NCBI RefSeq assembly: GCF_006345805.1 | Contig: NC_043017.1 | Location: forward strand, 32,302,001 to 32,366,000 | Source of the DNA: Octopus sinensis | Taxonomy: Eukaryota | DNA length: 64,000 nt | Reading direction: 5' to 3' | Shown here: positions 25,315 through 37,855 of the stretch, in pieces | Layout of the letters: every line of letters starts with the position of its first letter | Numbering within the stretch: the first letter of the stretch is position 1 | Notes under the pieces: generated by a model | Told to the model about the DNA's origin: nothing | Seen by the model: the letters and a program-made list of their open reading frames with translations, nothing else | Database searches by the model: none | Program-made: the position numbers and the translations under genes

Positions 25315-25766
25315 CAGGCACAGGTGTGGCTGTGTGGTAAGAAGCTTGCTTCCCAACTGCATCATTCTAGGTTCAATCCCATTGCCTGGTACCTTGGGCA
25401 AGTGTCTTATATTATAGCCTTGGACCAACCAAAGCCTGGTGAGTGGATTTGATAGAAGGAAACTGAAAGAAGCCCATTGTACATGTGTTGAAGTGTAAAA
25501 TGAAATCTGGCGATCGATGATTGAGCCCGTCCTATATATCTATATATATATATATGTGCGTGTATGTTTGTGTGTTTGTGTTTGTCCCACTAGCATTGCT
25601 TGACAACCGATGCTGGTGTGTTTATGTCCCCGTCACTTAGCAGTTCGCAAAAGAGACCGATAGAATAAGTACTGGGATTACAATGAATAAGTCCCGGGGT
25701 CGAGTTGCTCGATGAAAGGCGGCACTCCAGCATGGCCGCATTCAATTGACTGAAACAAGTAAAAGA
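25315..25766 (+). mobile_element. SINE family A, diverged full copy
   Basis: Head, core and tail motifs as in other copies. Confidence 0.8.
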
Positions 25767-25839
25767 AAAAAAGCAAAAGAAAGAAAATTCTACATAGCTT
25801 TGTTTGAATACATAAATATATATATATATATATATATAT

Positions 25840-26251
25840 ATTAACAATTAAGGAACGGCCATAATAGGCCATTCACCCACTAGAAATAACAGCCAAAGCT
25901 TCTACCGCAAATAAAGATTAATTCCGTAAACAGGAGAAAATTAAAAAAACATTTACCCTGTAATTTCTTGTACGGTATACCGTTTCATCCGCTGTTTAAT
26001 GGTAAACTAACCTGATTAAATTAAATCAAGCCAATCTTCCATAAGCCCTCATTGATTTGATTTGATTTAATTTAATCAGGTTAGTTTACCATTAAACAGC
26101 AGATGAAACGGTATACCGTACAAGAAATTACAGGGTAAAGGTTTTTTTAATTTTCTCCTGTTTACGGAATTAATCTTTATTTGCGGTAGAAGCTTTGGCT
26201 GTTATTTCTAGTGGGTGAATGGCCTATTATGGCCGTTCCTTAATTGTTAAT
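25840..26251. repeat. Near-perfect palindrome, arms ~190 bp, spacer ~32 bp
   Basis: ttaacaattaaggaacggcc...ttaaatcaa (25840-26029) is the reverse complement of 26062-26251, with only 2 mismatches seen. Confidence 0.95.
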
Positions 26252-26356
26252 GTTGAACTTAAAAATGGTCTATGACTATTTAATTTTTTCCCACTGGGCC
26301 GCTGGTGGCAATAAAATTCTACAAAATTTTCCTTGCCACCCTATATTGATTAATTA

Positions 26357-26401
<45 letters not shown>

Positions 26402-26405
<4 letters not shown>

Positions 26406-26693
26406 TCATCATTGTTTAACGCCTGCTTTCCATGCTAGCATGGGTTGAACGTATGATTGAGGGCTGACGAACCAGATGGTGGCACCAGGCTTCAATCATG
26501 ATCTGGCGGTTTCTACAGCTGGATGCCCTTCCTAATGCCAACCACTCCTAGAGTGTAATGGGTGCTTTTACATGCCACTGGCATGAGACCGGTCAGGCGG
26601 CACTGGCAACGACCTCGCTCGAATCTTTTACACATGCCAACGGCACAGGTGCCAGTAAGGTGATGCTGATAATGATCATGCTCAGATGGTGCT
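26402..26693 (-). mobile_element. RTE 3'-terminal fragment
   Basis: (atc)n tail, tttccatgctagcatgggtt, ggatgcccttcctaatgccaacc. Confidence 0.8.
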
Positions 26694-26714
26694 ATTAATA
26701 CCCTACTCTCTCTT

Positions 26715-26794
<80 letters not shown>

Positions 26795-26797
<3 letters not shown>

Positions 26798-27187
26798 GGC
26801 GCAGGAGTGGCTGTGTGGTAAGTAGCTTGTTTACCAACCACATGGTTCCAGGTTCAATCCCACTGCATGGCACCTTGGGCAAGTGTTTTCTACTATAGCC
26901 TCGGGCCGACCAAATCCTTGTGAATGGATTTGGTAGACGGAAACTGAAAGAAGCCCGTCATATACATATATGCGTGTGTGTGTTTGTCCCCCTAGCATTG
27001 CTTGACAACCGATGCTGGTGTGTTTATGTCCCCGTTACATAGCAGTTCGGCAAAAGAGACCGATAGAATAAGTACTGGGCTTACAAATGAATAAGTCCCG
27101 GGGGTCGAGTTGCTCGATTAAAGGCGGTGCTCCAGCATGGCCGCAGTCAAATGACTGAAACAAGTAAAAGAGTAAAAGAGTAAAGAG
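26795..27187 (+). mobile_element. SINE family A, full copy
   Basis: Head, core and tail motifs. Confidence 0.85.
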
Positions 27188-28074
27188 ATACATACGTATA
27201 GAATTTATTTGTATGCAATATTTTTACTTTAGTTCTTCTAAATTATCCGTTTATTTTTTCTTCTATTACACACACACACACACACACAAATATTTAATGA
27301 CATGGGAAGTAGATTTTGATTTTCTGGACACTCTGAATCTCTTTAATGAATATCCTGATTTATTTATTACTAGAGAAAAAACACATTTAAACATAGAAAT
27401 AATTCAGTTTTATCTATTTAGGAAAATGTCTGCGTTTGTGTGTTCAAGAGAGAGAGGGAGAATATGATAAATAATTCTGCTGCCAGTTCACACTTAACTA
27501 AACGCTGGCAAAACTTTTTGTCCATTTACTCTAAATAATACGTAGCAATATCAAATTAAATCGTAGACAGTGAATTGTACGTCCAGCCTCCTTAATAATA
27601 TCAGAGTAGATGCTGACTATTAATAGATGCATGGTTCTGGAGAAAAAAAAATCTATCATGTATTTCGCCATCATTTATGTGTCTATATATTTCCTTTATT
27701 CTTTTATTCACTATAAATCATTCTGTTTCTTGAGTGGTTAATCTGAATTTGTGGTTTATTATGTATTTGTTTTTTTGCTTTAACTATGGAATACAAATGA
27801 AGTGATAAGAACATCTTGGGTGAAGGGTATGTACTTTTGAAAATACAAAAAAATCCAGCAAATGGATTTTATACGTAAACCTGATGAGTCAATAATTTTG
27901 CAATATTAGTTGTATAATAATCTGATGCAAAATATTGTTACACATATTATATTATCATCATAATAATAATATAGAAACATAACTGCTGATAAAATATCAA
28001 TGAAACGGTTATAAAATTATGTAAGAAATGAATTGCTCATTCCATTCTCCTTGTTCACATTTATCCTTCTCCTC

Positions 28075-28390
28075 CGCATCATCATTAACATCTGTTTTCC
28101 ATGCTGGTATGTGTTGGATGGTTTGACAGAAGATGACGAACCAGACAACTGTAGCAAGCTTCACTGTCTGCTTTGACTTGGTTTTTAGGACCGGATGCCA
28201 TTTCTAATGCCAACCTCTTTACAAACTGATCTGGGAGCTTTTTACATGGTACCAGCACCAGCACCAGCAAGATCTGCTTTGACATGGTTACTATAGCTGG
28301 TTGCCATTTCTAATGCCGACCACCTCACAGAGTCTATTGGATGCTTTTTGTATGGCACTAGCCCTGGGGAGGTAACCACATTACTTGCAA
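28075..28390 (-). mobile_element. Degenerate RTE 3'-terminal fragment with internal duplication
   Basis: catcatcattaacatctgttttccatgctgg...; the block ctgctttgac...gccatttctaatgcc occurs twice. Confidence 0.6.
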
Positions 28391-28432
28391 GACAAAAGTA
28401 CTTTGAGAGGCTGGTGGTATTGGAATAGGTAA

Positions 28433-28845
28433 GGCGGCAAGCTGGCAGAATCATTAGAACAGAGAGGACAAACAAGGACAGACAAAAGGATTAAGTCGAT
28501 TACATTGACCCCAGTGTGTAATTGGTACTTATTTAATCGACCCTGAAAGGATGAAAGGCAAAGTCGACCTTGGCGGAATTTGAACTCAGAACATAACGGC
28601 AGACAAAATACCTATTTCTTTACCACCCACAAGGGGCTAAACACAGAGAGGACAAACAAGGACAGACAAAGGGATTAAGTCGATTATATCGACCCCAGTG
28701 CATAACTGGTACTTAATTTATCGACCCCGAATGGATGAAAGGTAAAGTCGACCTCGGTGGAATTTGAACTCTGAACATAACGGCAGACGAAATACTGCTA
28801 AGCATTTCACCCTGAGTGCTAACGTTTCTGCCAGCTCGCTGCCTT
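28433..28845 (-). mobile_element. SINE family B with duplicated body and an inverted extra head
   Basis: Family motifs on the minus strand; plus-strand head gcggcaagctggcagaatcattag at the left end. Confidence 0.8.
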
Positions 28846-29053
28846 TTCATATCATATTCATGAACACAGGGGAGAGGGGAGAGCATTATGAGTTGCCAAG
28901 GAAGCAATTCATGTATGTTTACACGAAAATGATTGGTGGAGGGTGGGAGAAAGGGACTACAAAGATGGTGGCTGCCTTTAGAATCTATGAGAATCTACTG
29001 TACTAATCTCATTATTAAACAGACATAATGAAAGGATTTGTAGTATTTAATTA

Positions 29054-29569
29054 CACTGCATAACAATGAAAAAAAAACGGAAATGAGAATATCCTTTTCT
29101 AGGGGTATTTCGTGTGTAGATCACGAATATAACATCAATTTTTTTTTGGTGACACTCCAGTTTCTCGTAAATAACTATTTTACACTAAATTCACTGATGA
29201 TTTTCATAGGAATTAGGTGCAAACAGGATTAAGCTGAAACTGACAACTCTAAAAGTTTGTGAACAGATTTGGATATAATTTTAATGGGGTACTCATAAAG
29301 TATTTTGTCAATCTGATCTATGAAAATTATAAAAAGTAAACTCAATGTTTTTTTTATAGTTATATGGGTCCAAATCCGTAGTTGATCTGAAATGAAACCA
29401 GACCTCATCACCCAACCTGAACTCAATAATCTAGTTTGTGATCTAACACTTACTAAGCAACAGAGTGAAGTCCTGGACTCATGTCTGCATCAATGGAAAC
29501 TATTGGATAAAGATGCTCGAAGTACAGTATTTAGGAAGCATTCTGCAAATCTACAGCAATTCTTCACTT
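29054..29569 (+). mobile_element. DNA transposon relic, probably CMC/Chapaev3-like
   Basis: Begins CAC after TTA. Peptide PDLITQPELNNLVCDLTLTKQQSEVLDSCLHQWKLL...FRKHSANLQQFF resembles a transposase segment I associate with Chapaev3 (recalled, not searched). Confidence 0.45.
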
Positions 29570-30379
29570 TGAAGCAAGGTCTAGAATCAAAAGGCCTTAG
29601 AGTCAATCTAGTAAAAACCAAGGTCTTAATAAGTAGGAAGGCAGACAAACCACAAATCCCTTCAGATAGATGGCCCTGCACAATCTGTAGAAAAGGCCTA
29701 GGTAGAAACTCCATAAGATGTACCCAGTCTAAGTGGTGCAGCAATATCAAAGGAAGACTAACTGGGAAGATAATTTTTGTGTGTAGCAAATCCTCAGGGG
29801 CAATAAACACTGAAAATGTGCAGAAAACAGCTTCCATCACATTCCAGGGGGAAAAACTAGAAATAGTTGATATCTTCCGTTACCTAGGTGACCAAGTCAG
29901 TAGCAGGGGTGGTTGCTCTGAGAGCGTAACTGCTAGAATAAGAATAGCCTGGGCAAAGTTCAGAGAGCTGGTGACAAAGGGCTTCTCACTCAGAGTGAAA
30001 GGCAGACTGTATGACACATGTGTCCAAACAGCCATGCTACATGGCAGTAAAACATGGGCCATGACAGCTGAGGACATGCATAAGCTTGCAAGGAATGAAG
30101 CTAGTATGCTCCAAAGGATGTGAAATGTCATTGTGCATATACGGTAGAGTTTAAGTGCTCCAAGAGAAAAGTTGGACCTAAGAAGCATCAGATGTGGTGT
30201 GCAAGAGAGACGACTGCACTGGTATGGTCATGTGTTGCATATGGATGAGAACAGCTGTATGAAAAAGTGTCACACCCTAGCAGTAGAGGGAACCTGTGGA
30301 AGAGGCAGACCCGGGAAGTCCTTGGATGAGGTGTTGAAGCATGACCTATGAACACTGGGTCCCACCGAGGCAATGACAA
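29570..30379 (+). mobile_element. RTE LINE fragment (RT C-terminal region and zinc finger), same family as 13560-18720
   Basis: KQGLESKGLRVNLVKTKV, WPCTICRKG, FRYLGDQVS, RIAWAKFREL, LHGSKTW. Confidence 0.85.
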
Positions 30380-30382
30380 TAT

Positions 30383-30775
30383 ATAGGTGCAGAAGTGGCT
30401 GTGTAGCTTGCTTACCAACCACATGGTTCTGGTTTCATTCCCACTGCGTGGCACCTTGGTCAAGTGTCTTCTACTATAGCCTCGGGCTGAGCAAAGCCTT
30501 GTGAGTGGATTTGGTAGATGGAAACTGAAAGAAGCCCATCGTATATATGTATATATATATATGTATGTGTGTGTGTATGTTTGTGTGTCTGTGTTTGTCC
30601 CCCCAACATCACCTGATGCTGGTGTGTTTACATCCCCATAACTTAGCGGTTCAGCAAAGGAGACTGATAGAATAAGTACTAGGCTTCCAAAGATTAAGTC
30701 TTGGGGTCGATTTTCTCGACCAAAGGTGGTGCTCCAGCATGGCCACAGTCAAATGACTGAAACAAGTAAAAGAGT
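30383..30775 (+). mobile_element. SINE family A, full copy
   Basis: Head, core and tail motifs. Confidence 0.85.
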
Positions 30776-31187
30776 ATATATGAATATACCCATATGGCTA
30801 AGAAGTTCCTTTCCTAACCATATGGTTTTCAGTTTATTTCCTCTGTGTGATAACCTAGGGCAAATCACTTCTATTGTAACACCTAGCTAACTGACTTACT
30901 AGTGTATTTGGTTGATGGAAACTGAACGAAGCCCATTGTGTGTGTGTGTATTTATCATTGTGACCTTGCCTTGACATAATGTAGTAGTTGTAAATGAGTG
31001 TCCCTGTCAGGTAAGTGGTGTCATTTTATTACCGGTATTTAAGTAAAAAGCAAGGTAATATTTCATGAGAAATATTTACCTTGCTTGGTAACAGATGATG
31101 GTTGGAAAAATCCTCCTGTATTTCCTTTTACCCAAAGCAAAGAACTTTTCAGCACCCCCTTGGGGATATATTTCTGTATGAAATCTT

Positions 31188-31604
31188 GAGGCAGCAAGCT
31201 GGCAGAATCGTTAGCGCGCCGGGCGAAATGCTTAGCAGTATTTCGTCTGTTACTATGTTCTGAGTTCAAATTCCACCGAGGTCGACTTTGCTTTTCATTG
31301 TTTCGGGGTCGATAAATAAAGTACCAGTTTCGCACTGGGGCCGATGTAATTGACTTAATCCGTGTGTCTGTCTTTGTTTGTCCCCTCTGTGTTTAGCCCC
31401 TTGTGGGTAGTAAAGAAATAGGTATGTCGTCTGCCATTACGTTGTGAGTTCAAATTCAGCCGAGGTCGACTTTGCCTTTCATCCTTTCGGGGTCGATAAA
31501 TAAAGTACCAGTTTCACACTGGGGCCGATGTAATCGACTTAGTCCGTTTGTCTGCCCTTGTTTGTCCACTCTATGTTTAGCCCCTTGTGGGTAGTAAAGA
31601 AATA
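31188..31604 (+). mobile_element. SINE family B with duplicated body
   Basis: gcaagctggcagaatcgttagcgcgccgggcgaaatgc...; gaggtcgactttgc occurs twice. Confidence 0.85.
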
Positions 31605-32482
31605 TATATATTTCTGCATGAAATCATGAATTGAAATCTGTCATTGAAATAACCAGAAAATTCAAAATTACATTTAAAAAAAAACAAGCCAAAACACAGA
31701 TATTGCAAATTCCCTTCAGTAACCTTCAGTAACCCTAAATCTGCTGGAGGCCCTAACCTTTTGTCTGACTAATTAGATATCCAATATTCTTTTCTGTCCA
31801 ACTGTTTATCGTACTTGAGCACAAGTGTGCATTAATTGCATATTGATGCAATCCTGATATTGCTCCAATCGATGCATTTCCCAGACTAATTTTAAAAATT
31901 TATCACTTTTTTGCTGGATTCTGAAGAGTTTGTTTCCTGGCAGTGAAGGAGGCTGGTGAGAGTAAATGGAAACTGAAATCAATCTGCAAACAACAAGAAC
32001 AACAAGAACACATTATTGAAGGCAACTCATCCAACACTAAACAATCCAAGTAAACCCGTCAAAATTTTTCTTTTTTTTCTTTTTCTTTTCTTCTTTTTCT
32101 TTTTGTTTTTTGGACTCTGAAAGGATTAATAGCAAAATTAACCTTGCCAATTAATTAAAAAAGAAATATCATTAACATCAATATTTGCAACAGGGGAGTG
32201 GGTGATGGCAGAGACAACATCACCAGTATTTAACATCCACCACCCGTACTGACATTGATCAAATGGGGTCATTAAGGGTTAGAAGGGTTCTTATTCAAAT
32301 TGTTGTCATCCTGGAGACAGGTTGGAAGTCTATGTTGCACTTTTGTGTTTCCATTTTGGCCTCATTTTATACACACAGACACACACACACACATACACAC
32401 ACATGCACACACACGCACACACATGCACACACACATACACACACACATGCACACACATACACACCCACACACACATACACAA

Positions 32483-32515
<33 letters not shown>

Positions 32516-32537
32516 TGCACACACTCACACACACAAT

Positions 32538-32693
32538 GAGCTTCTTTCAGTTTCTGTTTTCCAAATCCACTCTCAAGCCTTTGTTGGTCCAAGGCTATGG
32601 TACAAGACACTTGCCCAAGGTGCAACGAAGTGGGACTGAACCAGAGACCACATGGTTGGGAAGCAGACTTCTTACCACACAGCTACACCTGCA
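32538..32693 (-). mobile_element. SINE family A, 5' half, next to a (CA)n tract
   Basis: Reverse-complement head and core. Confidence 0.7.
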
Positions 32694-32879
32694 TCAAAAA
32701 TAAGTCTGAGTTTTGCAAAGATCTGTTTGTAAACTTTGTGCAATCACATGTTTCTTATTCATCTACATAACTACCACTGTAACTTTAAAACATGAATGAA
32801 TGGATGCATGCATGCATGAATCCATCAATCCATCCATCCATCTATCCATCAATCCATACATCCATCCATACATACAGTG

Positions 32880-34310
32880 ATATAGACCACCTCTTCCTAA
32901 AATGAAAACAAGGTGACAAAGCCTTAATATCAATCCAAAATGCCTTTGAATATTGCATCATATCCCTTTGGCAACATCTTTTTAACCACCAAGTGTCGAA
33001 GTGCATCCTTCGGCAAAGTTTGAATACACGAGGTTGATAACATCATAAGACTTGGAAGGCAGCTCCTTGAGCAACATTCCTTATCTGATACCTAGAAGAC
33101 GTGCCCAAAGAAGTCGCATGACTCTACCGCAACATATCATTAGATGAAAGGATGAGCCTGTATGAGCAGAAGACTATGTATGGATATGTTAGTAGAAAGC
33201 TCCATGATGATAGTAACACTGACCATCAAAGCAGTTTATCATAGACGAATATCCTGATTACTACCTCCCACTTTGAAGGGTATGTGTTTGCAATTCAGGA
33301 ACTGGAAATATCAACTAAATAGCTGATGCACAAAAGGGGTAGAGATGCAGGAAAAGCAGTAAAATGTGACAACCGATGCAGACTTTATGGAATTAACACC
33401 GAAGATATCACCCACATCATAAACAGTTGTCCAAAATCTCATCATGGTATTATCTGCTGGTGAGACATAACGTTGTAACTAGGACTCTGTATAATGAGAT
33501 CTGTTGAAAGGATAACCCTGAAGACAAAGAAATATGAACGCACTGTTTGGTGGAAGCCATAGCCAATCATAATAAGGAGTACTGGTGGAATGTTCCAGTG
33601 AAAACCTCAATAAGATGACCTGATATAATGATTTGGGATAGAGAAGAGAAACTGTGCCCAGCTGGGGAAATTATGTTAACATGAAACTGAAGATCAGTGA
33701 AAAAGAAAACACCTATGCAGGAGTGGCTGTGGGGTAAGTAGCTTGCTAACCAACCACATGGTTGCGGGTTCAATCCCACTGCATGGTACCTTGGGCAAGT
33801 GTCTTCTAGTATAGCCTTGGGCCGACCAATGCCTTGTGAGTGGATTTGGTAGACGGAAACTGAAAGAAGCCTGTCGTATATATGTATGTGTGTGTGTGTG
33901 TTTGTGTGTCTGTGTTTGTCTCCCTAGCATTGCTTGACAACCGATGCTGGTGTGTTTATGTCCCTGTCACTTAGCGGTTCAGCAAAAACAGACCGATGGA
34001 ATAAGTACTGGGCTTACAAAAGAATAAGTCCCGGGGTCAATTTGCTCGACTAAAATGCGGTGCTCCAGCATGGCTGCAGTCAAATGACTGAAACAAGTAA
34101 AAGAGTAAAGAGAGAGTATGCTGAATTATTGAGGAATCTACAGCTATTCTATCCAAATTACAAGTTCAGGTTTATACCTGTAATTATTAGGGCTCTTCGA
34201 TACGTAACACACTACCTAAATACCAATCATGAGAAATTATGCTTCTCAAAACCAGAAAGGAGAAAGCTGATATGAAGACTAGATCCATGCTATCACTGGA
34301 ACTGTAAAAC
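32880..34310 (+). mobile_element. Degenerate RLE-type LINE 3' region (R4/Dong-like), split by a SINE
   Basis: Broken translation FEGYVFAIQE, KCDNRCRL..EDITHIINSCP (CCHC knuckle), RHNVV, WWNVPVKT, PDIMIWDREEK, KENTY|AELLRNL, IPVII-AL. Confidence 0.65.
33719..34116 (+). mobile_element. SINE family A with 5-bp TSD tatgc
   Basis: tatgc at 33714-33718 and 34117-34121. Confidence 0.85.
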
Positions 34311-34335
34311 TTCCCAGTTTATCATTTAAGTATAT

Positions 34336-34752
34336 ATAAGGTGCAGGAGTGGCTATGTAGTAAGTAGCTTGCTTACGAACCACACGGTTCTGGGTTCATT
34401 CCCACTGTGTGGCACCTTGGGCAAGTGTCTTCTACTATAGCCTTGGGCCGACCAAAGCCTTGTGAGTGGATTTGGTAGACGGAAACTGAAAGAAGCCCGT
34501 CGTATATATGTATATGTATATATGTGTGTGCGTGTTTGTGTGTCTGTGTTTGTCCCCCCAACGTCGCTTGACAACCGATGTTGGTGTGTTTATGTCCCCG
34601 TCATTTAGCGGTTTGGCAAAAGAGACCGATAGAATAAGTACTGGGCTTACAAAGAATAAGTCCCGGGGTCGATTTGCTTGACTAAAGGCAGTGCTCCAGC
34701 ATGGCCGCAGTCAAATGGCTGAAACAAGTAAAAGAGTAAAAGAGTAAAGAGT
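34336..34752 (+). mobile_element. SINE family A, full copy
   Basis: Head, core and tail motifs. Confidence 0.85.
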
Positions 34753-34759
34753 TGTTAAT

Positions 34760-35225
34760 TATTTTATTCTGAACGCTTTACTTCCCTGGGCATGGATACG
34801 TTGAAACTCCGACGTCTGGCAGCTGACTTGGCAGACACCAATAAAATTATCAACCATCTTACAAACAATAACTCTGAGCACCTTTTCAAGCTCCACTTGT
34901 CTAACACCTGTGGACATAATTACAAAATCAGAAAACAACACAGCTCCCATGACTTTCGGAAACATTTTTTCACGCTAAGAGTTGCTGAAGCATGGAACAG
35001 ACTGCCGGCATCAGTTGTTAGTTGTCGGAGCACTGCATCCTTCAAAACTTCCATGCTTCATGAGATTCGCCAACACTACACCTGATTTTCTCCCCTCCAT
35101 ACATAATCAAGCACGTATCCAACTCACACACTGTTCGCTTTCCAGACATTTTTACGTTACTGCATATACTTTATATGCACTTTTTGACAAATTGTGGTGC
35201 ACCTCAGCACTGTATACAATAATTC

Positions 35226-35266
<41 letters not shown>

Positions 35267-35283
35267 TATTATTATTATTATTA
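34760..35283 (+). mobile_element. CR1-group LINE 3' end with (ATT)n tail
   Basis: TLKLRRLAADL...NTCGHNYKIRKQ...RKHFFTLRVAEAWNRLPASVVS..S..SFK, typical of the CR1 C-terminus. Confidence 0.8.
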
Positions 35284-35614
35284 TGTCTTTTCCTTCTTTC
35301 TTTAAATTTTCTTCACTTTCTCGCGAGTGGTTTCCGTACACCTAGGGCAGAGAAGGGCATTGTATGCATTCCCAGATTACACGCGCAAATTCACAGATAA
35401 AATATGTATTTAAAAATTAATAAATAAATAAATTCATGAATGGATGTTGTTTTCACAGCGATAGTGTTCTTCTCAGTACATGAGCCGTTCCAGTTAATAT
35501 GATTTTTTGCACTTCCTGTAGGGATGGTAAACCTGGAATCATTTTCAAATAGGTTTCAGTACCTTTTTTTTTATCATTCCTAGAGATCCTACAATCACTG
35601 GCACTGTAGTCACC

Positions 35615-35683
35615 TTATTATTATTATTATCATTATTATTATTATTATTATTATTATATTATTATTATTATTATTATATTATC

Positions 35684-35715
<32 letters not shown>

Positions 35716-35717
35716 TA

Positions 35718-35783
<66 letters not shown>
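35615..35783. repeat. (ATT)n microsatellite
   Basis: Direct inspection. Confidence 0.95.
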
Positions 35784-35852
35784 CTAGGTTAGAAACCAGC
35801 TCTTTCTGTATTGGCAAGAAATCTTGAAATAAAATTGAATAACAACATGCAT

Positions 35853-35891
<39 letters not shown>

Positions 35892-36227
35892 TACATACAT
35901 ACAACTGAATGTGGAATAAATGTCTTTGATGTTTTAAAATATTTCAAAGAAAATATTCTAAGGTGACACAGTGTCTACTCTTTTTTTATTTTCTTTGGTG
36001 AAAATTCTACAGTCACATTTTGTTTTTTTACAAAATTCAACTGGTTTTATCCTGACATCTACAGCACCAAAAATAAACACTAATTTATTATCCATAATTT
36101 CTTAGCAAATGATCTAAACATTGATGTCTGAAATATTTACAATGCTAAAAAAAACAGCTGGATTTAATCACAACAATTTCCACGGAGAGAGATTAAGTTT
36201 GGTGCAAAAGAATTTTGAAAAGTCTAC

Positions 36228-36371
36228 GTGTACTAAGAAGCTTGCTTTTCAACTGCATGGTTCCAGGTTCAATCCTGCTGCGTGGCACCTTGAGCAAGGT
36301 CTTGCGCTAGAGCCATGGGCCGACCAAAGCCTTGTGAGTGGATTTGACTGATGGAAGCTGAAAGAGGCCTG

Positions 36372-36372
<1 letters not shown>
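36228..36372 (+). mobile_element. SINE family A fragment
   Basis: ggttccaggttcaatcc...ggccgaccaaagccttgtgagtggattt. Confidence 0.7.
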
Positions 36373-36415
<43 letters not shown>

Positions 36416-36446
36416 ATGTGTGTGTGTGTGTGTGTGCGTGTGACCG

Positions 36447-36483
36447 CGTTTAACGTTTCGAGCGGAGCTCTTCATCAGAAACA
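36447..36483 (-). ncRNA. Minimal type I hammerhead (PLE-type, dimer-dependent), core intact
   Basis: Minus strand: guuu-CUGAUGA-a-gag-cuccg-cuc-GAAAC-GUU-aaac. Palindromic AACGUU replaces stem III. Confidence 0.65.
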
Positions 36484-36594
36484 TAGGAAAAGGAAAGATC
36501 CAGAGAAGGGAAGACGGACAAAATGTGACCGCATGTGTACCGTTGGCGATATTTTTTCCTCTGTTTTCCATTCCTTGGACTGTTGCTTTTTCTA

Positions 36595-36632
36595 GGTTTC
36601 TGACGAAGAGCTCTGCTCGAAGTGTTAAATCC
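36595..36632 (+). ncRNA. Degenerate inverted partner hammerhead
   Basis: gguuu-CUGACGA-a-gag-cucug-cuc-GAAGU-GUU-aaauc; GAAAC changed to GAAGU. Confidence 0.45.
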
Positions 36633-36789
36633 TCCTTCTTTCTTTCCTTTTCTGAGCATCCAATAACACTATACTTAATCCACTTATATATATAATCCAC
36701 TTATATATATAAGTATACACATACACACACACACACACACACACGCGCGCGCACACACACATATATACATACATATGTTTTTGTGCATG

Positions 36790-37005
36790 TGTATTACTGT
36801 GTGTCTGGATTTGCTCCCTCACCACTTCTGCTTGACAATATGTGTTGATGTGTTTATGTCCCTGTAACGTAACGGTTCAGCAAGGGAGATCAATAGAATC
36901 ATTACTAGGCTTAAAAGAAAATGATTACTGGGGGGTCAATTCAGTCAACTAAAAATTCTTCAAGGCAGCGCCCCAACATAGCCACAGACTGAAACACACA
37001 AAAGG
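36790..37005 (+). mobile_element. SINE family A-related 3' half, diverged
   Basis: gcttgacaat...gatgtgtttatgtccctgtaacgtaacggttcagc...ccaacatagccacagactgaaac. Confidence 0.6.
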
Positions 37006-37425
37006 TAAACAATAAAAGATTTAGCAATTAAATGTAGATAAATGGTTCCACAAATCCCAAATTTTGGTATCAATGTCCTTCAATTTCCACTCATAGAACC
37101 AGCACTATAAATACCTAGATATTGATAAAAATTTCTCATACGAAGGTAACTAGAGAAATATTGCAGACTAAAACCGATATATCTGTCAGAGATTTCCTCT
37201 CATGTAAAAAACATTATTCCACAATACATTTTCGGTTCCTGATTTCCTAAAATTCAATATGTAACAATTATCGTTGTTATTCAAATTCCACCAACGGAGT
37301 TTTGGCTTCTTTATTAAAATCCAGCTTTCTCTTCCTTGAAAGAATTCTCATGAATATATTTTCAAAGAATATACAGACAAATACAAATACATATGCCAAT
37401 ATAGTTACATATACTCTCTTACCGT

Positions 37426-37849
37426 CTCTCTTTACTCTTTTACTTGTTTTAGTAATTTGACTGTGGCCATGCTGGAGCACTGCCTTTAGTCGAGCAAATC
37501 GACCCCAGGACTTATTCTTTGTAAGTCTAGTACTTATTCTATTGGGCTCTTTTGCCAAACCGCTAAGTTATGGGGACGTAAACACACCAGCATCGGTTGT
37601 CAAGCGATGTTGGTGGGGACAAACACAAACATATAAACACAAACATATACACACACACACATATATATATACATACATATATACGACAGGCTTCTTTCAG
37701 TTTCCGTCTACCAAATCCACTCACAAGGCTTTGGTCGGCCCGAGGCTATAGTAGAAGACACTTGTCCAAGATGCCACGCAGTGGAACTGAACCCGGAACC
37801 ATGTGACTGGTTAGCAAGCTACTTACCACACAGCCACTCCTGCGCCTAT
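37426..37849 (-). mobile_element. SINE family A, full copy
   Basis: Reverse-complement head, core and tail. Confidence 0.85.
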
Positions 37850-37855
37850 ATATAT

